Source of the DNA: Squalus acanthias
Lineage: Eukaryota
Reading direction: 5' to 3'
Length of the DNA stretch: 64,000 nt
Assembly: GCA_030390025.1 (NCBI GenBank)
Contig: CM059432.1
Span: 65,784,001 to 65,848,000, forward strand
This document shows positions 15,440 to 27,557 of the stretch, one piece after another (within the stretch, counting starts at the first letter, position 1; every line of letters starts with the position of its first letter). Position numbers and translations under genes: made by a program. The notes below the pieces were generated by a model. That model did not search any database and was not told where the DNA came from. It was given only the letters and a program-made list of their open reading frames with translations.

Positions 15440-17448
15440 TACCTAGGAAGGGTAAGGGAACCAAAGCAAGGGCTCCTTGGATGACAAGGGAGATAGAGAA
15501 GATGAAGAAACAAAAAGAGGGTGTATAATGCATGTCAGGTGAATTCTTCAAGGGAGAACCAAACCAAATACAATTAAGTTGAGAGGGGGTGTGAAGATGA
15601 AAATAAGATTGGCAAACAGAGAATATGAGAGTAGAATGGCGGTTAACATAAAAGGGAACCCAAAAATCTTCTATCGGCATGTAAACAGTAAGCGGCTAGT
15701 AAGAGGTGGGGTGGGGCCCATTAGAGACAAAGAAGGTGATATATGCTTAGAGGCGCAAGGCAAGGCTAGAATACTGAGTACTTTGTATCGGTATTTACTA
15801 AGGAGGTGGATGCTGCCAAAATATCAGTAGAAGTGGAAAAGGTAGTAGCAATGGAAGGGGTGAAAATTGATAGACAGGATGTACTAGAAAGGCTGGGTAT
15901 TATTAGAGTGGATAAGTCGCCTGGTCCAGATGGCTTGCATCCCAGGTTGCTAAGGGAATTGGGGGAGGAGATAGCGGAAGGGCTTGCCATAATTTTCCAA
16001 TCTTCCCTAGATGCGGGGGAGGTGCCTGAGGATTGGAAAGTGGCAAATGTGACACCATTGTTCAAGAAAGGGTGCAAGGACAATCCTAGTAACTACAGTC
16101 AGTTTAACATCAGTGGTGGGTAAAGTTTTAGAAACAATAATCAAGGAAAAAATTAACAGGCACGTGGAGAGGTTTAAGCTAATTAAGGAGAGCCGACACG
16201 GATTTGTAAAAGGCAGATCGTGTTTGACTAATCGAATTGAATTTTTTGATGAAATAACAGAGAGGATTGATGAAGGGAATGCAATGGATGCTGTCTACAT
16301 GGATTTTAGAAAGGCTTTTGACAAAGTACCACATAGAAGGCTGGTTAACAAAATTGAGGCTTACGGAATAGGTGGGTCAGTGGCAGCTTGGATAAGGAAT
16401 TGGCTTAAGGACAGAAAACAGCGAGTTGTGGTAAATGGCTGTTTTTCAAACTGGAGGATGGTAGACAGTGGTGTTCCCCAAGGGTCAGTGCTGGGGCCAC
16501 TGCTTTTTTTGATATAAATGACCTGGGTATTGGAATACAGAGTAGAATTTCTAAATTTGCCGATGACACCAAACTTGGGGGTGTGGCAAACAGTGAGGAT
16601 GATACCAATCGACTGCAACAGGACATAGAAAGGCTAGCAGAATGGGCAGACAAAATTTAATACAGAGACGTGTGAGGTGATACATTTTGGCAGAAGGAAC
16701 AGGGAGAGGCAATATACACTTAATGGCACAGTTTTAAAGTGTGCAGGGACGGAGGGACCTAGAGTTAATGTGTATAAGTCCCTGAAGGTAGCAGGACATA
16801 TTGAGAGAGTGGTTAGCAAAGCATATGGGATCTTGGGCTTCATAAATAGAGGTATTGAGTACAAAAGTAGAGAAGTTATGCTGAACATTTATAAAGCGCT
16901 GGTTAGGCCACAACTGGAGTATTGCATCCAGTTCTGGTCACCACACTTCAGGAAGGATGTGAAGGCCCTTGAGAGGGTGCAGAGATCTACCAGAATGGTT
17001 CGGGGGATGGGGGATCTTAGCTACAAGAACAGGTTAGAGAAGTTGGATTGTTTTCATTAGAGCAAAGGAGGTTGAGGGGTGATTTGATGGAGGTGTACAA
17101 GATTATGACAGGTTTGGATAGGCTGGACGGGGAAAGGCTGTTCCCACTAGTTGATGGTACGAGGACTAGGGGACACAGGTTTAAGGTTTTGGGCAAGAGA
17201 TACGGGGGTATGTGAGGAAAAACCTTTTTACGCAGCGAGTGGTGATGACCTGGAATTCGCCGACGCAAGTGGTGGAAGCGGAGACACTCAATGTTTTCAA
17301 GGGGAGGCTGGATAGGCACTTGAGGGAAATAAACTTGCAGGGCTACGGGGATAGAGCGGGGGAATGGGACTGACTGGATTGCTCTGCAGAGAGCCAGCGC
17401 GGACTCGATGGGCCGAATGGCTTCCTTCTGTGCCGTTATGACTATGAC
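15440..17448 (+). mobile_element. CR1 LINE, degraded RT region to 3' end
   Basis: [40 protein letters not shown]; same subfamily as 6375-7817. Confidence 0.93.
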
Positions 17449-17498
17449 TTCTTCCTGGTTTAATGTATCTAGTTAATCACTAACCAGGTACATTAAAC

Positions 17499-17721
17499 CA
17501 GGGTGGTAGGGGTCTGGAACCCACTGCCTGAAAGTGTGGTAGAGGCAGAAACCCTCATCGCATTTAAAAAGTACTTGGATATGCCCTTGAAGTGCCGTAA
17601 TCTACAAGGCAACGGACCAAGACCTAGAAAGTGGGATTAGGCTGGATAGCTCTTATTCGGCCGTCACAGACACAGTGGGCCGAATGGCCTCCTTCTATGC
17701 CGTAAATTTCTACAATTCTAT
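17499..17721 (+). mobile_element. CR1 3' end fragment
   Basis: GGGCCGAATGGCCTCCTTCT 3'UTR and ATTTCTA-type tail. Confidence 0.75.
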
Positions 17722-19833
17722 AAACCTCCAATCAGAAATGGTACAAGAGTATGTGGACAACACTACATTACATTGGGCTGTAATTTTGCCAAACACTCCT
17801 GACCCACTTTTTAAGTAATTTAGTAACAAAGCAGCAATTTACAGGCTGGTATTATAAGTGAAGTGCCACCTTTCAACAGTCTTTTTTATTAGGCACAAAA
17901 ATTGAGCTTTCAAACCATTTTAAAATCTTTATGCAGCTTTTTTCATTATCAAAGTTTCATCAAACAAGATATCATCTGCAAGCTGCTCATACTGTCGCAT
18001 CACTACGATAAAGTGTTTTGCATACTGGGGCAGCAACCAGTTTTTTCACTGAAGGTAACGGTGATGGTTATAGTTGACCTGCAGAAGGTGCTATCTGCAG
18101 CAATAACCTCCCAGGCAGTATTTATAAGTGCACACATGTCAACAGCTGACCAACACTTCAAGAAAGCTCACATAGTCCCCCAAAAAACTGTCAACTCAAG
18201 AATGGCCCCAACATGCAAAAACAAGTAGTTGCACAAGCCTGGTAACTCGCTACAGTGTCAGAAGTGCTGTCTTTTAGATGAGATATAAAACTGCTTGTTC
18301 AGGTGGATGTAAATGATCCCATGGCACTTCGAAGATGAGCAGGAGCCTGTACCTATTGTAGGTACAGGTTCTAATCTTCCCGTTTGGAAAAACCACCTAA
18401 AATTGTGGGGCAACGGAAAGGGGGTACAGACCCACCATCACAAGTCCCCAACCCTATATTGAGATCCAGTTCCATAGTGGGGCTCAGCATTTCAGGTTAC
18501 TGCTATTCACAATACATTTGCTGCAATTCCAAACTGGCCAACATCATCCCTGTCCTCCCATCACCTGATCTCCTTTTGTATACATTTGCTTAAGCAATTT
18601 TTTAAAAAATCTACACAAAAAATACATTAGTAGCCTTTGCTACCTTGCTCAAGTGGCTATGTTTCAAGTGTGAGCCTAAATGCATTGGGAAGCTATTAAA
18701 ATAATTTTGTCCTCATTCAACAACATAGCTAGATAGCAGAAAAGAGACCATGACCAATGTTACCCCTCTTTAGCCACCCAGAACTGAATCCAACTGTGGC
18801 TTGTTCATTTGTTTATTTAAAAAGCTTCATTTCTGCTCTGCTTGGCATTTTTCCACCTGTCCTCTCTACTTTCCCTATTCCCTTTGACACTCAGTGGTTT
18901 AACTTATTATTTCCAGCTAACTTTAGTTTTAAAATCCCAGATTGCTCAGTTGATACAGACAGCATACAACGAAGCATGCAGACCGGAAAGTCCCAGGTTT
19001 CATTCCGAACATCTTTACTGGGCCAACATATACATTAGTCATTCATATGCAAGCATCCATATCAACCCAGGATGTGACATACACAAGGTGGATGGGTGCT
19101 GATTGGAGTGTTCAGGTTGTTGGTAGCAGCAAAAGGAGGGTGCATTTCAAAATAGATCTGGATTACTTTTGGTAATGTGGAATCTAATCCACATAGTCAT
19201 AAATGAGAAAAACTATCCACTTACAACACTAACGCTTAGTGAGGCAGAAATATATCAGGTACGCATCAACATTTGATCACTAAAACAAAATAAAGTTGAA
19301 TGGTGAAAATGTCAAAATGTAAGAGGCATTTGCAGTATACCTTGGAGTTGAATCTGCTGTGAAACTTACCCCTGAAGCAGGTTAAGGTTATTGCCAGAAT
19401 TGATATGTAGCACACAGAATTAGGCTAGTATATACTGGCAAACAGGATTTCTATTTAGGCAGACATAGGGCCTGCTCCCACCTCCAAAGGCCAATGCAAG
19501 CGATTCCCAAAAGGGAGCATTTCTACAGCACTGCTACTTGTTTCACTGCAACAAAAAAAAAGTACAATTTTAAGTTCATTCTATTACTAGGAATTAAATA
19601 TCCTTTATTTCTGCACATTTCTCTCTAGATAACAGTCATCTTAAAAAGGGGCGATTTTTAAATACATATCTCATAAATATAGCAAAAATAAAGGGGTTCT
19701 TCTAATGGGAGATTTTAATTTTCACATACACTGGGAGAAACAGAACAGTACAAGTAGTAAAGCCAATGAATTTCCTGAATGCATTCAGGATAGGTTTCTA
19801 GAACAAAATGTTTCAGAACCAACAAGAGAACAG

Positions 19834-21104
19834 ACTCCATTGCTGGGGTGAAGCCTTCAACCAATATCTACTATAAGCCCACCGACTCCCACAGCTACCT
19901 TGATTACACTTTCTCCCACCCTACCTTGATTACACTTCCTCCCAACCCGCTTCCTGTAAAAAGTCTATTCCATTCTCCCAGTTTCTTCATCTCCGTCACA
20001 TCTGTTCTGACAATGCCACCTTCCACACCAGTGCTTCTGATATGTCTTCCTTTTTCTTTAACCGAGGATTCACCTCCACCGTGGTGGACAGGGCCCTCAA
20101 CTGTGTCCATCCCATTTCCCACACTTCTGCTCTCACCCCTTCCCCTCTCTCCCAGAACTACGATGGGGTGGAAAGTGAGGACACGGAACCCTACCAGTCT
20201 CCACATTCAATGGATCATCCTCCGCCATTTCCAGCGCAATGCCACCACCAAACATATCTTTCCCTCCCCTCTACTTTCAGCATTTCGAAGGGACCGTTCC
20301 CTCCGCGACACCCTGGTCTACTCTTCAATCACCCCCAACACCCACTCCCCTTCCCACAGCACCTTCCCGTGCAAGCAGAGGAGATGCAACATCTGTCCTT
20401 TCACCTCCTCCCTTCTCACTGTCCAAGGCCCCAAACACTCCTTCAAAGTGAAACAGCGACTTACTTGTACTTCTTTCAATTGAGTATACTGTATTTGCTG
20501 CTCACAATTGAGACGACCAAACGTAGATTGGATGACGCTTTGCAGACACCTCTGTTTAGTTCGCAAGCATGACCCAGAGCTTCCGGTCGCTTGCCATTTT
20601 AATTCTACGTCCCACTCTCACTCTGACCTCTCCGTCCTCAACCTCCTACACCGTTCCAATGAAGCTCAACAGAAGATCGAGGAACAGCACCTCATCTTTC
20701 GATTAGGCACTTTACAGCCTTCCAGACTCAACATTGAGTTCAACAATTTAAGATCATAACCACTGCTCCCATTTTTTTCGGACAGGTGCTGGTTCCGCTG
20801 TTGCCATTTACAGCTCCTCTAGACTCATCTTTTGTTTCCTTACTTGTCCCATTACTACCCCTTTTTTGCCTTGCACTATCATCCCTTTTGTCATTTAATC
20901 ACTCCTGCCTTCCACCCTATCACAGACCTTCCCTTTTATTCCTTCTTCCCTTTTCCCGGACTCTGTACTTGCTTAAATCTTATTACATCTGTAACTTTTG
21001 CCAGTTCTGACGAAAGGTCACCAACCTGAGATGTTAACTCTGTTGCTCTCTCCACAGATGCTGCCTGACCTGCTGAGTATTTCCAGCATTTTCTGTTTTT
21101 ATTT
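19834..21104 (+). mobile_element. Penelope-like retroelement, truncated, inserted into an old CR1
   Basis: TNIYYKPTDSHSYLDY and EEQHLIFRLGTLQP peptides shared with ORF 40926-42143; 10-bp TSD AAGAGAACAG (19824-19833 / 21105-21114). Confidence 0.9.
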
Positions 21105-22075
21105 AAGAGAACAGGTTATTCTGAATTTAGTGATGAGTAACAAACCAGAATTAGTTAACAACCTGACTGACGGTAAGGGAACATCTTTCAAATAGTGACC
21201 ATAATGAGCCAGAATTTGTTGCAGCATCTGCCATTAGTTAGACTTGCCCTTCACCTGAAGTTGTTGTTGTACCATTTACGCTTAAATAACAGTGAGCGCC
21301 ATAAGCCTCACTGGTAATTTGACAGCAAAATCTGGGCCAATGTGATTACATTTGATATTAGGTTTGAGTGTGAGAAGGGAGAGTCACAAACAAATGTTTT
21401 AAATTTATGTAAGGCAAACTTCAAAGGGGGGGATAGAAAAGAATTGACCGCAGTAAACTGGGCTGAACCGTCAATGGGTAAATCTACAGATAGACACCGG
21501 GAAGTATTCAAAATGTATGTGGTACAATACAAAGCCAGCACACATACCCCTAAAAAGGCAAAGGCTCTACTTGTGTAGTTAAGCAAGCATGGTCAACAAA
21601 TGAAGTAAGAGACAGTATCAAGCTAAAGGAAAAGGCTCACAAATGCAAGGAAAGTGGAAATCCAGCAGACTGGGAGAGATATTAAAAAGCAACAAAGGGA
21701 TACAAAAGTAGTAAGTTCAGAAAGGAATATGAAAAAAATTGCAAGGGATATCAAAGCTAACAGCAAAAGTATTAATAAATATATTAAGAGAGTGGTAAAG
21801 GAGAATGTGTGCTATATAAAGACAGATGCAGGCAAGACTATAATTGATAAAGAAATGGCAGACTTGTTGAATGAGTACTTTGTATCCGTTTTCACAGTGG
21901 AGGTAGAGAACAAAATGGCAGATGGAGTTCAATGCGGTAAAGTTCGAGGTCATTCACTTCGGATCTGAGAAAGACAAATCAGAATATTTTTCTAATAGTG
22001 AGACTAGAAACTGTGGAAGAAAAAAAGGAATTTAGGAGACCATGTACACAAATCACTAAAAGCTAGTGCACAGGT
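21105..22075 (+). mobile_element. Old degraded CR1 fragments (continuing ~19690-19833)
   Basis: KIARDIKANSK, EMADLLNEYFVSVFT peptide remnants. Confidence 0.7.
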
Positions 22076-23055
22076 AGAATCATAGAATGATACAGCACAG
22101 AAGGAGGCCATTCGGCCCATCTTGCCTGTGCCGGCTCTTTGGTAGAGCTATCCAATTAGTCACACTCCCCTGCCCTTTTCCCATAACCCTGTAATTTTTT
22201 TTCCCTTCAAGTATTTATCCAATTCCCTTTTGAATGTTACTATTGAATCTGCTTCCACCACCCTATCAGGCAGTGCATTCCAGATCACAACAACTCGCTG
22301 CGTTAAGAGATTCCTCATCTCGCCTCCGGTTCTTTTGCTAATCAACTTAAATCTGTGCCCTCTGGTTACTGATCCTTCTGCCACTGGATTTCCACTTTCC
22401 TTGCATTTGTGAGCCTTTTCCTTTAGCTTGATACTGTCTCTTACCTCATTTGTTGACCGTGCTTGCTTAACTACACAAGTAGAGCCTTTGCCTTTTAGGG
22501 GTATATGTTCTGGCTTTGTATTGCACCGCATACTTTTTGAATACTTCCCACAGTTTCTCCTTATGCACTCTATCAAAACCCTTCATGATTTTGAACACCT
22601 CTATCAAATCTCCTCTTAACCTTCTCTGTTCCAAGGAGAACAAACCCAGTCCCTCCACATAACTGAAGTCCCTCATCCCATTCTAGTAAATCTCTTCTGT
22701 GCCCAGAATTGAACACAATACTCCAGCTGAGACCTAACCAGTGTTTTATAAAGGTTAGCCTAACTTCCTTGCTTTTGTACTCTATGCTTCTGTAAATAAA
22801 GCCAAGGATCCCATATGCACTTTTAACAGCCTTCTCGATTGTCCTACCACCTTCAAAGATTTGTGTACATACACCCCCAGGTCTCTTTGTTCCTGCAACC
22901 ACTTTAACATTGTGCCATTTAGTTTATATTGCCTCTCCTCATTCTTCCTACCAAAATGTATCACTTCACACTTCTCTGCATTAAATTTCATCTGACATGT
23001 GTCTGCCCATTTCACCAGTCGGTCTATGTCCTCCTGAAGTCTGTTACTATCGTTC

Positions 23056-25360
23056 TCGGTGTCAGCTGTGGCTCAGTGGGTAGCACTCTCGCCTCTGAGT
23101 CAGAAGGTTACATAAGAAATAGGAGCAGGAGTAGGCCATTCGAGCCTGCTCCACCATTCAATGAGATCATGGCTGATCTTCTGCCTCAACTCCATTCACC
23201 AGCCCTATTGCCATATCCCTTGATGCCCTTACTAGTCAGAAATCTATCGACTTCTGTTTTGAATATACCGAATGACTGAGCCTCCACAGCCCTCTGGGGT
23301 AAAGAATTCCAAAGATTCACCACCCTCTGTGTGAAGAAATTTCTTCTCATCTCAGTCCTGAATGGCCTACCCTTTCTCCTGAGGCAGTGGCCCCTGGTTC
23401 TAGACTCGCCAGCCAATGGAAACATTCTCCCAGCATCCACCCTATCAAGCCCTGTAATAATTTTGTATGCTTCAATGAGATCCCCTCTCATTCTTCTGAA
23501 TTCAAGAGAATACAGGCCTAGTTTACTCAATCTCTTCTCATACGACAGTCCCGCCATCCCAGGAATCAATCTCGTGAACCTTCGTTGCACTCCCTCTATG
23601 GCAAGTATATCTTTCCTTAGGTAAGGAGACCAAAATTGTACACAGTACTCCAGGTGTGGTCTCACCAAGGCCCTATATAATTGGAGTAAGACTTCTTTAC
23701 TCCTGTACTCAAATCCTCTTGTAATGAAGGCCAGCATACCATTTGCCTTCCTAATGGCTAGCTGCACCTGCACGTTCACATTCAGTGACTCATGTACAAG
23801 GACACCCAGGCCCCTTTGAGCATCAACATTCCCCAATCTTTCACCATTTAGGAAATACTCTGCCTTTCTGTTTTTTCTACCAAAGTGGATAACTTCACAT
23901 TTATCCACATTGTATTCCATCTGCCATGTTCTCGCCCACTCACTGAGCCTGTCGAGATCCCCTTGAAGCCTCTTCACATCCTCTTCGCAACTCACACTGC
24001 CACCTAGCTTTGTGTCATCAGCAAATTTGGAAATGTTACATTTAGTCCCCTCATCCAAATCATTGATATAGACTGTGAATAGCTGGGGCCCAATCACCGA
24101 CCCTTGCGGTACCACACTAGTCATAGCCTGTCATCCTGAAAAAGACCCGTTTATCCCTACTCTTTGTTTTCTATCTGTTAACCAATTCTCAATCCATGCT
24201 AGTATATTACCCCCAATTCCATGTGCCCTAATTTTGTTCACCAACCTCTTGTGTGGGACCTTATCGAAGGCCTTCTGAAAATCCAAATGCACCACATCTA
24301 CCAGTTCCCTTTTGTCTACTCCACTAGTTACATCCTCAAAGAACTCCAATAGGTTTGTCAAACAGGAGTTTCCTTTCATAAATCCATGTTGACTCTACCC
24401 AATCTTACTATTAGTTTCTAAGTGCCCAGTTATTGCATCCTTTATAATAGATTCCAGCATTTTCCCAACTACTGATGTGAGGCTAACAGGTCTGTAGTTC
24501 CCTGTTTTCTCTCTCCCTCCTTTCTTAAATAGTGGGGTTACATTTGCTATCCTCCAATCAGCAGGAACCGTTCCAGAATCTATAGAATTTTGGAAGATGA
24601 CAACCAATGCGTCCACTATCTCAATGGCCACCTCTTTCAAAACCCTAGGATGTAGGTCATCCGGTCCTTGGGATTTATCGACTTTGTCTCATTAATTTTG
24701 CTAGTACTGTTTTTTTACTAATAATAATCTCTTTAAGTTCCTCATTCTCGCCACACCCTTGGTTTTCTTGTATTTCTGGGAGGTTTTTTGTGTCTTCCTC
24801 CGTGAAGACAGAAACAAAGTATTTATTTAATTTCTCTGCCATTTCCTCATTCCCCATTATAAATTCTCCCATCTCGGACTGTAAAGGACCTACATTTACC
24901 TTTGCCAGTCTTTTCCTTTTCACATACCTATAGAAGGTTGTGGGTTCAAGTCCCACTCCAGGGACTTTAGCACAAAAATCTAGGATGACGCTCCAGTGCA
25001 GTGTTGAAGGAGTGCTGCACTGTCGGAGGTGCTGTCTTTCCGATGAGACATTAAACCGAGAGCCCGTCTGCTCTCTCAGGTGGACGTAAAAGAACCTATG
25101 GCACTATTTCGAAGAAGAGCAGGGGAGTTATCCCCGGTGTCCTGGCCAATATTTATCCCTCAATCAACATAACAAAAACAGATTATCTGGTCATTATCAC
25201 ATTGCTGTTTGTGGGAGCTTGCTGTGCGCAAAATTGGCTGCCGCGTTTCCTACATTACAACAGTGACTACACTCCAAAAGTACTTCATTGGCTGTAAAGC
25301 GCTTTGAGACGTCCGGTGGTCGTGAAAGGCACTATATAAATGCAAGGCTTTCTTTCTTTT
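23056..25360 (+). mobile_element. tRNA-derived Deu-domain SINE (SacSINE1-like), split into 23056-23109 and 24932-25360
   Basis: A-box TGGCTCAGTGG, B-box GGTTCAAGTCC, Deu-like core GATGAGACATTAAACCGAG...CCCGGTGTCCTGGCCAA; intact copy at ~49590. Confidence 0.88.
23110..24931 (-). mobile_element. Young CR1 LINE inserted into the SINE head
   Basis: 312-aa RT ORF 23186-24124 (PQGSVIGPQLF, KFADDTK); 8-bp TSD AGAAGGTT (23102-23109 / 24932-24939). Confidence 0.95.
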
Positions 25361-26234
25361 TCATTGTTTACTACATTTCAGCATGTCATGTCATCTGCAA
25401 TCTTTGAAATTCTGCCCTATATACCCAAGTCTAGGTCATTAATATTCATCAAAAAGCACAGTTGTCCTAATACTGGCCTCTGGGGAACACCACTCTTTAC
25501 TTCCCTCCAGACTGAAACCGTTATCCACACTCTAGGTTTTCTGTGCCTTAACCAGGTTATCCACACTAGCACTGTCCCTTTAATCCCATGGTTTTAATTT
25601 TGCTAACTAGTCTATTATGTGGTACTCTGTCCAACACCTTTTGAAAGTCCATATACACAACATCAACCGCACTACCCTCATCAACCCTCTCCGTTACTAC
25701 TTCTAAGAACTCAATCAAGTTAGTCAAACATAATTTGCCTTTAACAAATCCATGCGGACTTTCTTTTATTAGCCCATACTTTTCCAAATGTCAACTAATT
25801 TTGTACCGGATTATTGTCTCTAAAAGTTTCCCCACTATCGATGTTACGCTGACAGGCCTGTAGTTGTAGGGCTTATCCCTCTCCACTTTAAAAAAAAAAT
25901 AAAAAACAGGGGAGCAGAATTTGCAATCCTCCATTCCTCTGGCACCACCACCATCTCTAAGCAGGATTGGGAGATTAAGGCCACAGCCTCTGCAATTTCC
26001 ACCTTTACTTCTCTCAGTAACCTAGAATGCATCCCATCTGGACCAGGTGACTTTTCCACATTGAGGACTGCCAACTTTTTAAGTACCTCCTGTTTGTCTA
26101 TTTTTAATCCTATCCAATATCACCAATACCTCCTCCTTTACTGCTACATTGACAGCATCCTCTGCTCTCGTGAAGACGGATGCAAAGTACTCACTTAGTG
26201 CCTCTACAAGAATATCTCCTTTTTGGGCCCCAAT

Positions 26235-27557
26235 TACAAAAAGTAATCAAAAAGGCTAATGGAATATTGGCCTTTATGTCAAGATAATTGGAATATAAAA
26301 ATGAGAAAGTGATGCTTCAGTTGTACAGCCTTGCTCAGAACCCATGTGGAGTACTGCATTCAGTTTTGGGCCTCAGGAAAGATATACTGGAATTGGAGGA
26401 GGTACAGCACAGATTCACCAAAATAATACTGAGTTTTAAAGGGTTAAATTACGAGGACAGGTTGCATAAACTTGGTTTGTATTCCCTTGAGTTTAGAAAG
26501 TTGAGGTGTTTAAAATGATAAAGTGATTCGGATAGGGTAGATACTGAGAAACGATTTCCTCTGGCGGAGGAATGCAGACAAGAGGGAATAATCTTAAAAT
26601 TCTAGCCAGGCTATTTAGGAGTGAAATTAGGAAGTACTTTTTCCACACAAAGGGTAGCGGAAATCTGGAATTCAACAACTGCAACAACCTGCAATTATAT
26701 AGCACCTTTAACATAATAAAATGTCCCAAGGCACTTCACTGGACAATTATCAAACAAAATTTGACACCGAGCCACATAAGAAGATATTAGGTCAGTTGAC
26801 AAAAAGCTTGGTCAAAGAGGTAGTTTTGAGGTGTGTCTTAAAGGAGAAGAACTGGAGAGATTTAGGGAGGGAATTCAAAGCTTAGGGCCTAGGCAGAGGA
26901 GGGCACAACCACCAAAGGTGGCACAAGGATGGATGCACAAGAGGCCAGAATTGGAGAAGCACAGAGACCTCAGAGGGTTGTAGGGCTGGTGGTTACAGAG
27001 ATAGGCAAGGCCTTGGAGGGATTTGAAAACAAGCATGAGAAGTTTAAAATCGAAGTGTTGCCAGACAAGCCAATGTAAGTCAGCAAGCACAGGGGTGATG
27101 GGTGAACTGGACTTGTTGCAAGTTAGGATATGGAGAGAATAATTTTAGATGAGCTCAAATTTACAGAAGGTGCAAGATGGGAGGGTGGCCAGGAGAGCAT
27201 TGGAATAGTTGAACCTAGAGGTAACAAAGACAATGGCTTCAGTCTTCCCAATATTTAAATAGGAGGAAATTTCTGCTCAAAAAGAAGCAATGGCAAAGCA
27301 GAGGTAGTGGAAGAGTCGAGAGATGGTGGTGAGGGAGAGCTGGGTGTCATCAGAGTACATGTGGAACCTGATGTGTTTTTGAATGATGTCGCCGAGTGGC
27401 ACATCACCCAAAAGGCTGTGGATCGACAGATTTTTGTTGTGCAAGGGTGTCAGGGGATATGGAACAAAGGCAGGTAAATAGAACTGAGGTACACATCAGT
27501 CATGATCTAACTGAATGACAGAATAGGCTGAAGATGCTGAATGGCCTACTCCTATGT
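26235..27557 (+). mobile_element. Degraded CR1 3' part interrupted by an L2
   Basis: EYKNEKVMLQLY, RGNNLKI remnants; CR1 3'UTR resumes ~27405. Confidence 0.7.
26674..27402 (-). mobile_element. L2 LINE 3' part with internal deletions
   Basis: LADLHWL..FKLLMLVFKSLQGLA peptide; L2 tail at left end. Confidence 0.82.

Larger units (their letters stand above)
22076..26220 (-). mobile_element. CR1 LINE, outer layer of a triple nest (own sequence 22076-23055 and ~25361-26220)
   Basis: CR1 3' tail at 22076; KWADTCQMKFNAEKC in left part; YMDFQKVLDRVPH and KSPGPDGMH in right part, co-linear across the inserts. Confidence 0.88.

Noticed and set aside
21003..21040. Functional hammerhead in the first Penelope copy
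   Set aside because: GAAA box mutated to GAGA; counted only as a relic.
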